Of a DNA stretch of 64,000 nt, positions 27,730 to 37,195 are shown one piece after another (the first letter of the stretch is position 1; each line of letters starts with the position of its first letter). The position numbers and the translations under genes are program-made. Location of the stretch: NCBI GenBank assembly GCA_020632695.1, contig JACKFB010000015.1, positions 1,291-65,290 on the forward strand. The letters run 5' to 3'. Below the pieces are notes generated by a model, which searched no databases, had not been told where the DNA came from, and saw only the letters and a list, made by a program, of their open reading frames with translations. Source of the stretch: Deltaproteobacteria bacterium. Its GTDB lineage: Bacteria; Myxococcota_A; UBA9042; PHBI01; JACKFB01.

Positions 27730-29091
27730 ATGCGTACCACCCGACTCATCCTCGTCGCCTCCGCCGCCCTCGCGGCGCTCACTCGTCCCCTGGTCGGCTG
27801 CACCGACGACGCGCCCGAGTGCGGTGACCCTCAGATGGAGGACGTCACCGAGCCACCGGACGTCGCGCTGGCGGTGGGCGCCACCACCTCGGTGGCCGTC
27901 CACGTCTTCGACGCGTGCGGCGACATGCCGGGCGTGTCGGTGGACTTCCAGGTCACCCTGGGCGGAGGCGCGGTGAGCGCCGCGTCCGTCACCACCGGCG
28001 CCGACGGGAGGGCCACGACGAGCTGGACCCTGAGCGCGTCGCCGGTGCGCCAGGAGCTGAGCGCCTCCGCTTCGGGGCTGGCCGAGGCGCCCGCGACCGA
28101 CCCGACGCTGGACTGGTTCGTGCTGGCCGCCCCGCTGCCCACCGCCGACCTGCAGACCTTCGGCGACGTGGAGGGCTTCCTCCAGGCCGAGGGGTTCGGC
28201 GGCTCCACCGAGGATCTCGCCTTCGTCGGCGAGGGCGACTCCGCCCGCCTGGTGATGGGCGCGCCCGAGGGGTTGCTCGAGGTCGCTCCCGACGGCACCG
28301 TCACCCGACGCACGCTCAGCGGAGAGCCGGTGGGCCGCGCCTGGGGCATCGCCGCGGGCGCCGACGGGGCGCTCTGGGCCGTCGACGCCGGCGCCTCGAC
28401 CATCGTCCACATCGACAAGGACGGTGCGGTCACCACCCGGCTCACCGACGACGGGACGGTACCGCTGGTCGGCCCGAACTACATCGCGGTGGGCCCCGAC
28501 GGCGACGTCTACATCACCGACCCCTGCCTGGGTGAGCTCATCCGCTTCGACCCGGACACCGACACGGTCGTGGACGTGGAGGTCTTCGATCGCTCCACCG
28601 ACGGTGGCCCCAACGGGCTGGCCTTCGGGCGGGACGGGCGCCTCTACGGCATGACCGAGAACACGGTCGCCCTGTGCTCCCAGGCGGGCGTCGCCGAGCC
28701 GGACGACCCGCTGGCGCAGCTCTTCGTCATCGAGGTGACGGCCACCGGCTTCGGCGCTCGCGAGGCGCTGGCCACCGGGCTCGGCGTCTTCGGCGACGGG
28801 CTGGCCTTCGACGCCGAGGACAACCTCTACATGGTGGTCGACACCGTGGATCTGGAGAACTTCGCGCTGGAGGCCAGCTACGTCCTGGTGCGCCGCGCCC
28901 AGAGCGGCGAGGTGGTGCGGCTGCTCGACTCGTCGCCCAACGTCATCGCCAACGTCGCCTTCGGCCGCGGACCCTACGGCGAGACCACGCTCTACGCCTC
29001 CCTCTTGCAGATCCCGTTCCTGACGCCGGACGCGAAGCGTGGCCTGCGCCGCATCGAGCTCGGCATCCCGGGGCTGCCCCTGTCCCACTGA
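27730..29091 (+). CDS. lipoprotein with Ig-like (Big_1-type) domain and SMP-30/gluconolactonase/LRE-like beta-propeller
   Basis: ATG 27730 lies within track ORF 27694-29091. Lipobox ALTRPLVGC. The VGATTSVAVHVFDACGDMPGVSVDFQVTLGGG...ADGRATTSWTL segment is Ig-like. Propeller-type repeats: GPNYIAVGPDGDVYITD, GGPNGLAFGRDGRLYG, GDGLAFDAEDNLYMV. Confidence 0.6.
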   Translation: MRTTRLILVASAALAALTRPLVGCTDDAPECGDPQMEDVTEPPDVALAVGATTSVAVHVFDACGDMPGVSVDFQVTLGGGAVSAASVTTGADGRATTSWTLSASPVRQELSASASGLAEAPATDPTLDWFVLAAPLPTADLQTFGDVEGFLQAEGFGGSTEDLAFVGEGDSARLVMGAPEGLLEVAPDGTVTRRTLSGEPVGRAWGIAAGADGALWAVDAGASTIVHIDKDGAVTTRLTDDGTVPLVGPNYIAVGPDGDVYITDPCLGELIRFDPDTDTVVDVEVFDRSTDGGPNGLAFGRDGRLYGMTENTVALCSQAGVAEPDDPLAQLFVIEVTATGFGAREALATGLGVFGDGLAFDAEDNLYMVVDTVDLENFALEASYVLVRRAQSGEVVRLLDSSPNVIANVAFGRGPYGETTLYASLLQIPFLTPDAKRGLRRIELGIPGLPLSH

Positions 29092-29113
29092 TTGCTCGCC
29101 CGGCCGCTCGCTC

Positions 29114-29848
29114 TCAGAGCGTGAAGCGCCAGCGCCGGTCTTCGGCCCGCCCGGGCTCCCAGTGGCTGATCTCCCAGGTCTCGCCTGCGTCGGAGCTCCG
29201 GCGCACGGCGAAGACCACCTGGGTGCGGCCGTAGGGCTCGCCCAGCCCGCCGGCGTTCACGCACACCGTGTGGCCGAGCCGCTCGCAGCCGGGCGCCTCG
29301 TGGATGTGGCCCGAGACCATCAGCCCGCGGCCCCCCTCGGCCAGCTCGCGGATGGCGGCGCTGCCGGCGCTGTCTCCGTGGCGCGTGCGGTCCAGGCAGG
29401 TGCCGAGCGGCGGCGTGTGGCTGATCAGCACGTCCCAGGTCGGCAGCCGCCGCCGCCGCACCTCGTCCTCGCTCCACTCGTAGGGGAAGCCGAAGCGCGC
29501 CGGACCCGCGCCGCCCACGCCGGTCACGCGCAGCCCGGCGACCGTCGCCTCGCCACCGTCGACGTTGCCGGGCAGCGGCAGGTGCTCGGGGTCGTGGTTT
29601 CCGGGCACCCACAGCACCGGCAGGCCGAGCCCTCGCACGTGCTCGACGACGCGAGCCACCGAGGCCGCGCGGAAGGCCAGGCTGGCCGCCGCATCGACCC
29701 GCAGGGCCAGCGGCGGCTCGGCGCCGATGTCGCCCACGAGCAGGACGGCGTCGAGCCCGGCCTCGGCGCGCACCCGCTCCAGCACGGGGTCCAGTCGGTC
29801 GAAGCGCGCGTGGATATCGCCGATGACGGCCAGCGCCGCGGTGGTCAC
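29114..29848 (-). CDS. calcineurin-like metallophosphoesterase (about 244 aa)
   Basis: GTG 29848 lies 8 nt after the stop of the upstream ATPase gene. All metallophosphoesterase motifs are present: LAVIGDIHARF (D-x-H), LLVGDIG (GD), VPGNHDPE (GNHD), LISHTPP (H), MVSGHIHE (GH-x-H). Confidence 0.85.
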   Translation of the reverse strand: MTTAALAVIGDIHARFDRLDPVLERVRAEAGLDAVLLVGDIGAEPPLALRVDAAASLAFRAASVARVVEHVRGLGLPVLWVPGNHDPEHLPLPGNVDGGEATVAGLRVTGVGGAGPARFGFPYEWSEDEVRRRRLPTWDVLISHTPPLGTCLDRTRHGDSAGSAAIRELAEGGRGLMVSGHIHEAPGCERLGHTVCVNAGGLGEPYGRTQVVFAVRRSSDAGETWEISHWEPGRAEDRRWRFTL

Positions 29849-29856
29849 CTGGCCGG

Positions 29857-32274
29857 TCAATGGCTGGGTATCCAGAGGATGCCGAACCAGCTCACTCGGG
29901 TGCGGTCGCGGTCCAGGGTCAGCAGCTCCATGCGGCAGGACGCCAGGTGGTCGATGTCGGCGAACTCGGTGTCGGCCAGGCTGCGCTCGCGTTCGGCGGC
30001 GGCTGCGTCCCTGGCCGCCTCCATCTCGCGATAGCTCTGCATCCGCAGGCGCGCGCCGTCCTTGGCCCGCGAGAGCTTGTCGGTCTCGCCCCGCTCGCTC
30101 AGCCAGCGGATCTCCCGCGCCGACATCTCCAGCTCCTCGCGCAGGCCGTCCAGGCGGCGCTGCCAGATGGCGGCCTCCACGCTGCGAGGGCCCGCGTCCG
30201 CGTCGCGCAGCCGCTCGGCCGCCAGGCGCAGCCGCGTGGCCAACCGCTCGCGGAACGCCTCCAGAGGCTCGCCCGGTTCGCCGTGCAGGCTGAGGGGCGG
30301 GCACACCGGCACCGAGACGCGCCCGGTGGCCGCCAGCTCGTCGGCGAAGCGTTCGCGCAACCGCTCGACCTTGGCCCGGCGGTCGAGCCATGCCGGAAGC
30401 AGGTCGAAGGCGGTGCCCGGCTCGGCGGCCGGCTCGAGCCAGGCCTCGGGGACCTCGACCCCCGGCCCCGGGAAGCGCACCGCGCTGGGCAGGTAGGGCA
30501 GGGGGTACACGACGCGGGTGAGCAGGTCTCCGCCCACCGACTTGCCGGCGTCGTTGCGCCACATCAGGCGCGCCCGACATAGAAGCGCCGGTTGGTAGGT
30601 GACCGTCCCGGTGCTGGCGGCGATGGGGCCGAGCCCGACGGCCTCCCGCGCGGCCGGGTCGCGCAGCCACTCGCGGCCCAGGAAGCGGGCGTCCACGCCC
30701 TCGGGGGTGCCGCCCACCAGGGCGCTGGCCAGCTCGGGCCGGGGATCGGGCGGCCGGGTGCGGGGCGAGGCCGCGCTCAGCTCGGTGCCGCGTCCGGGGG
30801 GCCGCGGCGTCGCGCGCCGGTCGCTCATGGGCCCGGAGCGGCCCAGCGGTCCGAGCCGCGGGTCGGTGGTGAGGTTGTAGAAGCCGGCGCTCTCGGCCCG
30901 CTCGATCTCGTGGCGGGTCAGCGGCCCCCGCAGGTTCGACATGCAGAAGCGCGTCTTCAGGACGGGCTGCTCGTCGGTGTGGGCGTTGCTCAGCACGAAC
31001 TGGCGCCCCTCGAGGCCCGCGACCCGGCGGCTCAGCGCGCCGCGGTCCAGCGCCTTCCCGTGTCCCGACGCCGCGGCGGTGAGCCCGTCGAGGATGCGCT
31101 CCAGGTCCTGCTCGGTCTGGAGCTTGCCGACGAACCAGGTGCCGGCGTTGGTCAGCGCCTTGTAGTCGACGTCCACCGGGTTCTGGGTGGCCAGCAGCGT
31201 GCCCAGGCCGAAGGCGCGGGCCTGCTTGAGCAGCGTCAACAACGGACGCTTCGAGGGCGGGTTGAGCGGGTGCGGCGGCAGATAGCCGGTGACCTCGTCC
31301 ATGTAGACCAGCGCGCGCAGCTCGCCGCTGCCGGGCTGGGTGCGCATCCAGGCGACGATGCGCTCGAGCAGCAGCGTGACGAAGCTCATGCGCTCCGAGT
31401 CCGACAGGTGCGCGATGGTGAAGATGGAGGTGCGGCTGCCGGCGTCGTTGCGCGCGAAGAGCTGGTCGATGTCCAGGGGCGCGCCGGTGAGCCACTGGGC
31501 GAAGGCGGGGCTGGCGATGAGCCCGTTGAGGCGCATCGCGAGCTGCTGGCGGGCCTTCTTGGGGAAGAACTGCTCGAGCTCGAAGACCCCCAGGCGGTCG
31601 AAGGGCGGGTCGCTCACCGCGCGGATGAGATCGGCCAGCTCGATGGCGTGGCCGCGCTCCCAGGCGTGGGTGAGGATGTTCGCGATGAGGATGGACTCGC
31701 GCGAGCGCAGCGGGTCGGCGTCCACGTCGATGAGGCCCAGCAGCGCGGCGACCAAGCCGCTGACCAGCTCGGCGCGCTCCTCGCCGGGCATCTGGGCGTA
31801 GTCCCCCGGCGGGTCGAAGCGGTCCAGCAGGCTCACCGGCACGCCGGCCGACGAACCCGGCGTGTAGATCGTGATGTTGGTGCGTTCGCGCAGCCGGCGG
31901 ATGTCCGCCTCTCCCAGGCCCGACCCCTCGAGGCCTCGGCGCCACAGCGCCGCGCGCGCGGCGCCCGCCTTCGACGCGTCGCCCCCCGCGGCCTCGGCGG
32001 CCGACGGGTCCAACCACTCGGTGAAGTGCGAGGCGTCCAGGTCCGGCCACGAGAGCGCCAGGTTGGTGAGGTCGCCCTTGGGATCGATGGCGATGGTGGG
32101 GATGTCGTGTAGCGCGGCCTCCTCGAGCAGCCCGACGCAGAGCCCCGTCTTGCCGCTGCCGGTCATCCCGAACACCAACCCGTGGGTGGTCAGGTGCTTC
32201 GGCTCGTAGAGCACGCGCTCGTCGGTGGTCCCACCGGCCTCGGTGTCCACGGCCTTGCCCAGATAGAAAGCCAC
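29857..32274 (-). CDS. HerA/FtsK-superfamily P-loop ATPase (DUF87-like) with about 320-aa uncharacterised, partly coiled-coil C-terminal region
   Basis: GTG start 32274 with GAGG about 8 nt upstream. Walker A GMTGSGKT (32146-32169). Walker B LVYMDEV (31291-31308). The LLATQNPVDVD sensor-like motif is typical of HerA/VirB4/FtsK-type ATPases. The C-terminal 130 aa are rich in R/E heptad-like sequence. Confidence 0.75.
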   Translation of the reverse strand: MAFYLGKAVDTEAGGTTDERVLYEPKHLTTHGLVFGMTGSGKTGLCVGLLEEAALHDIPTIAIDPKGDLTNLALSWPDLDASHFTEWLDPSAAEAAGGDASKAGAARAALWRRGLEGSGLGEADIRRLRERTNITIYTPGSSAGVPVSLLDRFDPPGDYAQMPGEERAELVSGLVAALLGLIDVDADPLRSRESILIANILTHAWERGHAIELADLIRAVSDPPFDRLGVFELEQFFPKKARQQLAMRLNGLIASPAFAQWLTGAPLDIDQLFARNDAGSRTSIFTIAHLSDSERMSFVTLLLERIVAWMRTQPGSGELRALVYMDEVTGYLPPHPLNPPSKRPLLTLLKQARAFGLGTLLATQNPVDVDYKALTNAGTWFVGKLQTEQDLERILDGLTAAASGHGKALDRGALSRRVAGLEGRQFVLSNAHTDEQPVLKTRFCMSNLRGPLTRHEIERAESAGFYNLTTDPRLGPLGRSGPMSDRRATPRPPGRGTELSAASPRTRPPDPRPELASALVGGTPEGVDARFLGREWLRDPAAREAVGLGPIAASTGTVTYQPALLCRARLMWRNDAGKSVGGDLLTRVVYPLPYLPSAVRFPGPGVEVPEAWLEPAAEPGTAFDLLPAWLDRRAKVERLRERFADELAATGRVSVPVCPPLSLHGEPGEPLEAFRERLATRLRLAAERLRDADAGPRSVEAAIWQRRLDGLREELEMSAREIRWLSERGETDKLSRAKDGARLRMQSYREMEAARDAAAAERERSLADTEFADIDHLASCRMELLTLDRDRTRVSWFGILWIPSH

Positions 32275-32313
32275 GCGTCGTACCTCGTCGGTCGGTCAGG
32301 AGCCCGTAGGCCC

Positions 32314-32703
32314 TCAGTTCAGCATCCGGCGATCGGCGACGGTCTTCTTGCCCCAGATGGCGTCCCAGCCCTCGCGGAAATGCGGTGTCGACACGCGCGC
32401 CGGGCCGGCGTGGGTGCGCTGGGCCGTGCGCGCTTCGGAGGGCGGAGCCGTGGCCTCACCCGCGTCGGGGGGGCGGGCGCCCGGCGCGGCGACCTCGACC
32501 TTCACGTCGAAGAGCGCCGGCAGCTCGGGCCGCGGGCTCAGCCTCACCAGCTCACCGGTGAGCGCCTGGCCCGACACCACCGGCCGGATGCAGCCGATCT
32601 CCAGCCGCCCCTCGCGCTGCCTGAGCACGCGCGTCCCCTGCCCGTCGGGCGCAGGGCCCTGCACCAGGAGCACATCGCGAGGTCCTTCGGCGTCGTCGCT
32701 CAT
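32314..32703 (-). CDS. small hypothetical protein (129 aa), first gene of the ATPase operon
   Basis: ATG 32703. GC3 is very high throughout (checked codon by codon). It ends 39 nt before the ATPase start. No motif recognised. The conserved-looking tail is HFREGWDAIWGKK. Confidence 0.55.
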   Translation of the reverse strand: MSDDAEGPRDVLLVQGPAPDGQGTRVLRQREGRLEIGCIRPVVSGQALTGELVRLSPRPELPALFDVKVEVAAPGARPPDAGEATAPPSEARTAQRTHAGPARVSTPHFREGWDAIWGKKTVADRRMLN

Positions 32704-32788
32704 GCCCGCATACTAGCCGCCCCCTGGCGCCGTCGCCAGGAGCCGCCGGGCGCGGCCGCTCCGAAGGGGGGGCGCGCGGCTGCGGCCG

Positions 32789-34708
32789 TCAGTTCCCGGC
32801 CGCGGCGGCCGTGGGCCAGACCCCTCTCGCCTGATCGACGAGGACCCCACACGTCACGAACTGACCGGCGCGGTCGAGCACGACCTCGCCCGAGGCATCC
32901 GCTCCGGAGGGCGTCTGGAGCTGCCGCGCCGGGGAGCCGCCGAAGCTGAGCGTCGAGAAGCGCACGGGGACCTGGACCGCCGTCTCAGTGACCCGCGGGA
33001 CGCCGAGCTGGCCGCCCGACATCTGGGCCACCCATCGGGGCGCGCCGGTGGAGAGGCGGAGCTCCGCCACGTACTCGCCCGGGTCGACCAAAAAAGGCGC
33101 GGCGTCATCCCGGGGGAAGCTCGCCTGGCCCGAGGCGTGACCGCTGAGGAACACCGCGTCCGTCGCCTCGTCCAGCACCAGAGCCCCGGGCAGGCTGTCG
33201 GTCAGCCGCAGGTCCACGCGGCGGGTCCAGTCGATGGCGCCCGTGGCGGAGTAGCGGATCACCACCGCGTCGTCGGGCTCGAGGGAGATGATCAGCGGCG
33301 CGCCTCCGGTGTCCAGCGACCAGTCGACCAGGCCGGTCGCGCTGGAGTTCGAGTAGAGCGCGAGCACCACCGAGCCGTCCTCGGCCAGCGCGAGCCCGCG
33401 CGCCTGGTGCCGCGCATTGGAGCCCACCCGCTCGATGAACCGGCCCCACGTGCCCGCGGTCGGAGAGGACTTGAAGACGTAGGCCGACGGCTGGGTGGCG
33501 GTGATCGTGGCTCCGCCGTAGCTGAGCTCGCCGAACTCGGGCCCGAAGTGCGAGCCGGCGATGACCCGTTCGCCCGCGGCGTTCGTCTGGCCCTGGGCGC
33601 CACGCAAGGAGGTGAGGAACTGCCCGTCGCCCTCGAGGGTGACGAGCGAATCCGCGCGGTACTCGCCGGTGGCGCGGTCGAAGTCCGCCGCGTAGCCGAG
33701 CCCGTCGGCGCGGAACAGGGTCAGGGCGTCCGGCTGATCGAGGCCGAGCACCAGCTCGCCGGGGTCGATGGGGAAGACCACCGGGCCGGAGAAACCGCCG
33801 GTGACACGAAGCACGTCGCCGACCAGCTGGATGTTCTCGATGCTGGCGTCGCGGCGGCCGTCGGCGTCGTTGGGCCCGAAGCGGTGTACCCAGGTGATGG
33901 CCCCGGTGGCGTCGTAGCGGGCGATGAAGAGGTTGGTCTGGTCCAGGCCGGCGAGGTCGCTTCCCGCGGTTCCGCCGGGACTGAATTCGCGGAAGAGCTC
34001 GCCGTTGGCGTCGTAGAACCGGATCGTGCGGTCGCCGCGGCTCGCCTCGAAGCCGACGTAGACGGCGTCTTCGGCGGGGGCGTAGCGGGCCTGGATCACG
34101 TTGACCAGCAGGGTCGGCGACTCGGCCACGACCTGAGCGGACCAGGCGAGCCCGGCTGCGGTCATGCGTGCGACGTAGAGGTGCAGGCGGTCCGCTTCCT
34201 GCTCCAGCGCCGGGACGACGACGGCGTCGTCGCCGCCGGGCAGGAAGGTCACGGGGGCCGAGGGCCAGCTGAGCGTCCCGTCCACCACCGTGAGCGGGTG
34301 GGTGCCGAAGAGGATCGCGTCGCGGGGCGTCGGCGGGCAGATCTGCGCCGAGGGCCCCGTGGTCTCCGCGTCGGCCGCGTCGGTGGTGGCGTCCGCTGGC
34401 CCGCCGTCGGCGTCGGGCAGGGCCACATCCGGAGCGTCGTGGCTCCCGTCTCCTCCGTCCGGGGCGTCTGGAAGCCCAGGTGTCTCGGCGTCCAGCGCCG
34501 CCGCGTCGCGGTCGGCGTCGGACTCGACATCGCTCGTGGCGGCGTCGACGCGCGCGGGGTCGACGCATACGAGGCTCGAACAGAGCCCCGATGCGCATTG
34601 GGCCGAGCGGTCGCAGCTCTCGCCGTTGCTGCGTCGCCCCTCCTCGCCGCAGCCCGGCGCCATCGCCGACGCGGCGATGACGAGCATGAGGCGCACCGAG
34701 TGCTCCAT
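32789..34708 (-). CDS. hypothetical lipoprotein, probable beta-propeller
   Basis: The track ORF is 32789-34918. ATG 34708 gives MEHSVRLMLVIAASAMAPGC followed by a Cys-rich stretch and an acidic linker. It then has repeated ...Y(D/S)ATGAI(T/D)W(V/T)(H/R)R... beta-propeller-like units. Confidence 0.6.
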   Translation of the reverse strand: MEHSVRLMLVIAASAMAPGCGEEGRRSNGESCDRSAQCASGLCSSLVCVDPARVDAATSDVESDADRDAAALDAETPGLPDAPDGGDGSHDAPDVALPDADGGPADATTDAADAETTGPSAQICPPTPRDAILFGTHPLTVVDGTLSWPSAPVTFLPGGDDAVVVPALEQEADRLHLYVARMTAAGLAWSAQVVAESPTLLVNVIQARYAPAEDAVYVGFEASRGDRTIRFYDANGELFREFSPGGTAGSDLAGLDQTNLFIARYDATGAITWVHRFGPNDADGRRDASIENIQLVGDVLRVTGGFSGPVVFPIDPGELVLGLDQPDALTLFRADGLGYAADFDRATGEYRADSLVTLEGDGQFLTSLRGAQGQTNAAGERVIAGSHFGPEFGELSYGGATITATQPSAYVFKSSPTAGTWGRFIERVGSNARHQARGLALAEDGSVVLALYSNSSATGLVDWSLDTGGAPLIISLEPDDAVVIRYSATGAIDWTRRVDLRLTDSLPGALVLDEATDAVFLSGHASGQASFPRDDAAPFLVDPGEYVAELRLSTGAPRWVAQMSGGQLGVPRVTETAVQVPVRFSTLSFGGSPARQLQTPSGADASGEVVLDRAGQFVTCGVLVDQARGVWPTAAAAGN

Positions 34709-35083
34709 GAGCCCACCCCCATCCTTGTTGCGAGTGGCCAGCATAGTGCGGCAGGCCGGATACGCGAAGCCCGGGCGCGGGCGTTCGGCCGGGCAGGGCG
34801 TGGGGCCCCGGTTCCTCGGGCGCATGCACTCGGAGGGCTGCGGGCACGCTCGCGCGGTGATGTTCGACGCCAGCGGCCAGTGCCGGCACTCTGGCGGTGT
34901 GTCCGACAGGCTACACATCGAGCCGCGACGGTCCGCTCACCCCCCTGTGGCCCCGCGCCTCCGAGACGCGGTTGGTCGGCCGCGCGGGGAGCGCGCGCGG
35001 CGCGCCGGCGGATGCCGCGCCGTCTCGGGAGGGGCCGGCGCGCCGTCCAGACGCGCGCCGGCTCATGACGCCGTCCCTCCGCC

Positions 35084-36385
35084 ATGGTGAGCGCGGCCAT
35101 CATCATCGGCGCGCTGCTGGTCGCGGCGCTCCTCGCGCTGACGCCGCGCATACGCCGGTCCAGCGCCTGGAAGGCCACGGTGACGCCGCTGTCCTCGATC
35201 ATGGGCAGCGGGTTCCTGGTCTCGGCGCCGCTGGTCGCGGCCGAGGCAGGCCTCTACGCGCCCCTCGCGATGGCCGGCCTGCTGGTGGTGGCCTTCGCCA
35301 TCGGCGGCATGATCCGCTTCAACATCCGCTACGCCGAACCCGAAGCGGAGGGCGGCGGCGAGCCCTCCGACGCCGGCTCCGACGCGCACCGCGCCCACCG
35401 CGGCCATCATCAGCGCAGCCGCGGTCACTGGAGCGGCGCCCAGCCGCGCCTCACCGGGACGCTCGAGAAGGCCTCCCACGTCGTGCTCGCCGTCGCCTAC
35501 GTCGTGTCGGTCACCTACTACCTGCAGCTCCTGTCCGCGTTCGCGCTGGATCGCTTCGGCGTCGCCGACCTGCTCTGGAGCCGCGTCCTGTGCACCGCGG
35601 TGCTGGGCGGCATCACGGCGGTGGGGGCGGTCTGGGGCCTGAAGGCCCTCGAGGGGCTGGAGACCTGGGCGGTCAGCCTGAACCTGGGCATGATCGCCGC
35701 GCTGCTGGTCGCGCTCGCCGTGCACGACGGCACGCTGCTGGCCTCGGGAGACCTGGCGCTGCCGGAGCTGCAGCCCGACCCCGACCTGCCCCACGCGGCC
35801 CGCATCGTCATGGGGCTGCTCATCGTGGTCCAGGGCTTCGAGACCTCGCGTTTCCTCGGCGACGAGCACTCGGCCGACGAGCGCATCCGCACCATGCGCA
35901 CCGCCCAGATCCTGGCCAGCGTCATCTATCTTGCTTTCGTGACGCTGACGCTCCCGCTCTTCGACGCCAGCCACCTGGACGCGGACGTCACGGCGATCGT
36001 CCGTCTGGTGGCGCCGGTGGCCGTCGCGCTGCCGACGCTCATCGTGGTGACCGCCGTCGGCAGCCAGCTCTCGGCGGCCGTCGCCGACGACGCGGCCTGC
36101 GCGGGGCTTCTGCGCACCTTCTTCCGGGGCCGCGTCCGCGCGCGCTGGAGCTACCTGGGCATCGGCGCGCTGACCATCGGGCTGACCTGGCTGACCGACG
36201 TCCTGGAGATCATCAGCCTGGCGTCGCGAGCCTTCGCGCTCTTCTACGCGCTGCAGTGCGCGGTCGCGCTGCTGACGGCCCGCGGCCGGGAGGACGCGCC
36301 GCATCGGCGGTGGGTGATGGGGCTGGCGGGCGCGCTGGCCCTGCTCAGCCTGGCGATCGCGGTGCTCGGCATCCCCGCCGAGTGA
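35084..36385 (+). CDS. polytopic integral membrane protein, possible transporter (family not recognised)
   Basis: 433-aa ORF with about 10-12 hydrophobic segments. A His/Arg-rich loop (DAHRAHRGHHQRSRGH) follows TM3. Confidence 0.6.
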   Translation: MVSAAIIIGALLVAALLALTPRIRRSSAWKATVTPLSSIMGSGFLVSAPLVAAEAGLYAPLAMAGLLVVAFAIGGMIRFNIRYAEPEAEGGGEPSDAGSDAHRAHRGHHQRSRGHWSGAQPRLTGTLEKASHVVLAVAYVVSVTYYLQLLSAFALDRFGVADLLWSRVLCTAVLGGITAVGAVWGLKALEGLETWAVSLNLGMIAALLVALAVHDGTLLASGDLALPELQPDPDLPHAARIVMGLLIVVQGFETSRFLGDEHSADERIRTMRTAQILASVIYLAFVTLTLPLFDASHLDADVTAIVRLVAPVAVALPTLIVVTAVGSQLSAAVADDAACAGLLRTFFRGRVRARWSYLGIGALTIGLTWLTDVLEIISLASRAFALFYALQCAVALLTARGREDAPHRRWVMGLAGALALLSLAIAVLGIPAE

Positions 36386-36437
36386 GGCCGGGCGAGGTCA
36401 CGAGGCAGCCGCCAGCGGAGCGGCCGAGGAGGTGGGC

Positions 36438-37142
36438 GTGACGGGCGAGCATTGGCTGGAAGATGGGGACGAGCGCTTCGCGGTCAGCGTCGCCCGTGGA
36501 GACGCGCCCGCATGCGCCGTCCTCTTCGCCGTGGGTGGCGGCGGCAGCCCCGAGCGCCACCGCCCGCTCCTCAGCGCCCTGGTCCGCTCGGGGTGCGTGG
36601 TGGTCGCGCCTCACTTCGACCGCCTGGTCTCCCCCGAGCCCTCCGACGGCGCCCTCTCGCTGCGCGCGCGCCGGCTGGCGATGGCCCTGGAAGCGTTCGC
36701 GCCCGCGGGCCTCCCGGTGGCCGGCGTGGGGCACTCCATCGGCGCGACGATGCTGCTGGCCCTGGCCGGCGGCCAGCTCTGGACGCGGGCGGGGCGCCGG
36801 CTCCCCATCGCTCCCGCCCCGCGGCTCGAGCGCCTGGCACTCCTGGCGCCGGCGACCGGCTTCTTCCAGGCGCCCGAGGCCCTGGACGCGGTGACCACCC
36901 CCATCCTCGCCTGGGCGGGCACCCGGGACGAGGTCACCCCGCCCGCACAAGCCGCAGCCCTGGCCCGGGCCATGGGGCACCGCGTGCCGGTCGACATCCG
37001 CATCATCGAGGGCGCCGGACACTTCTCGTTCATGGACGTGCCGCCGCCCCACATCACCGACCCCCTGGCCGACCGCGAGCGTCTCCTCGCCGACCTGGCC
37101 GTCGAGATCGGCCGCTTTGTCGTCCCCCAGCAGAGCGCGTAG
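36438..37142 (+). CDS. alpha/beta hydrolase (dienelactone-hydrolase-like)
   Basis: The track start is GTG 36432, but GAGGAGG (36426-36432) favours GTG 36438. Nucleophile elbow GVGHSIGA. C-terminal GAGHFSF carries the catalytic His. Confidence 0.7.
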   Translation: MTGEHWLEDGDERFAVSVARGDAPACAVLFAVGGGGSPERHRPLLSALVRSGCVVVAPHFDRLVSPEPSDGALSLRARRLAMALEAFAPAGLPVAGVGHSIGATMLLALAGGQLWTRAGRRLPIAPAPRLERLALLAPATGFFQAPEALDAVTTPILAWAGTRDEVTPPAQAAALARAMGHRVPVDIRIIEGAGHFSFMDVPPPHITDPLADRERLLADLAVEIGRFVVPQQSA

Positions 37143-37195
37143 GCTGCAAGTCTCGCAGCGCCCCGACGATGCAGCCGCGCGTCAAGTGGCGTGCG

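Noticed and set aside
18111-27803. 3230-aa ORF on the minus strand, the longest in the track
   Set aside because: It is antisense to the PKS and kinase-cyclase genes, whose plus-strand translations contain complete catalytic motif sets. Its own translation is Arg/Gly/Pro/Ala/His-rich with no motif. It is a classic high-GC shadow ORF.
29114-29848. The metallophosphoesterase as Mre11/SbcD of a classical DSB-repair pair
   Set aside because: It is only 244 aa with no Mre11 capping or DNA-binding domain, and there is no Rad50/SbcC-type SMC ATPase. The neighbouring ATPase is HerA/FtsK-like instead.
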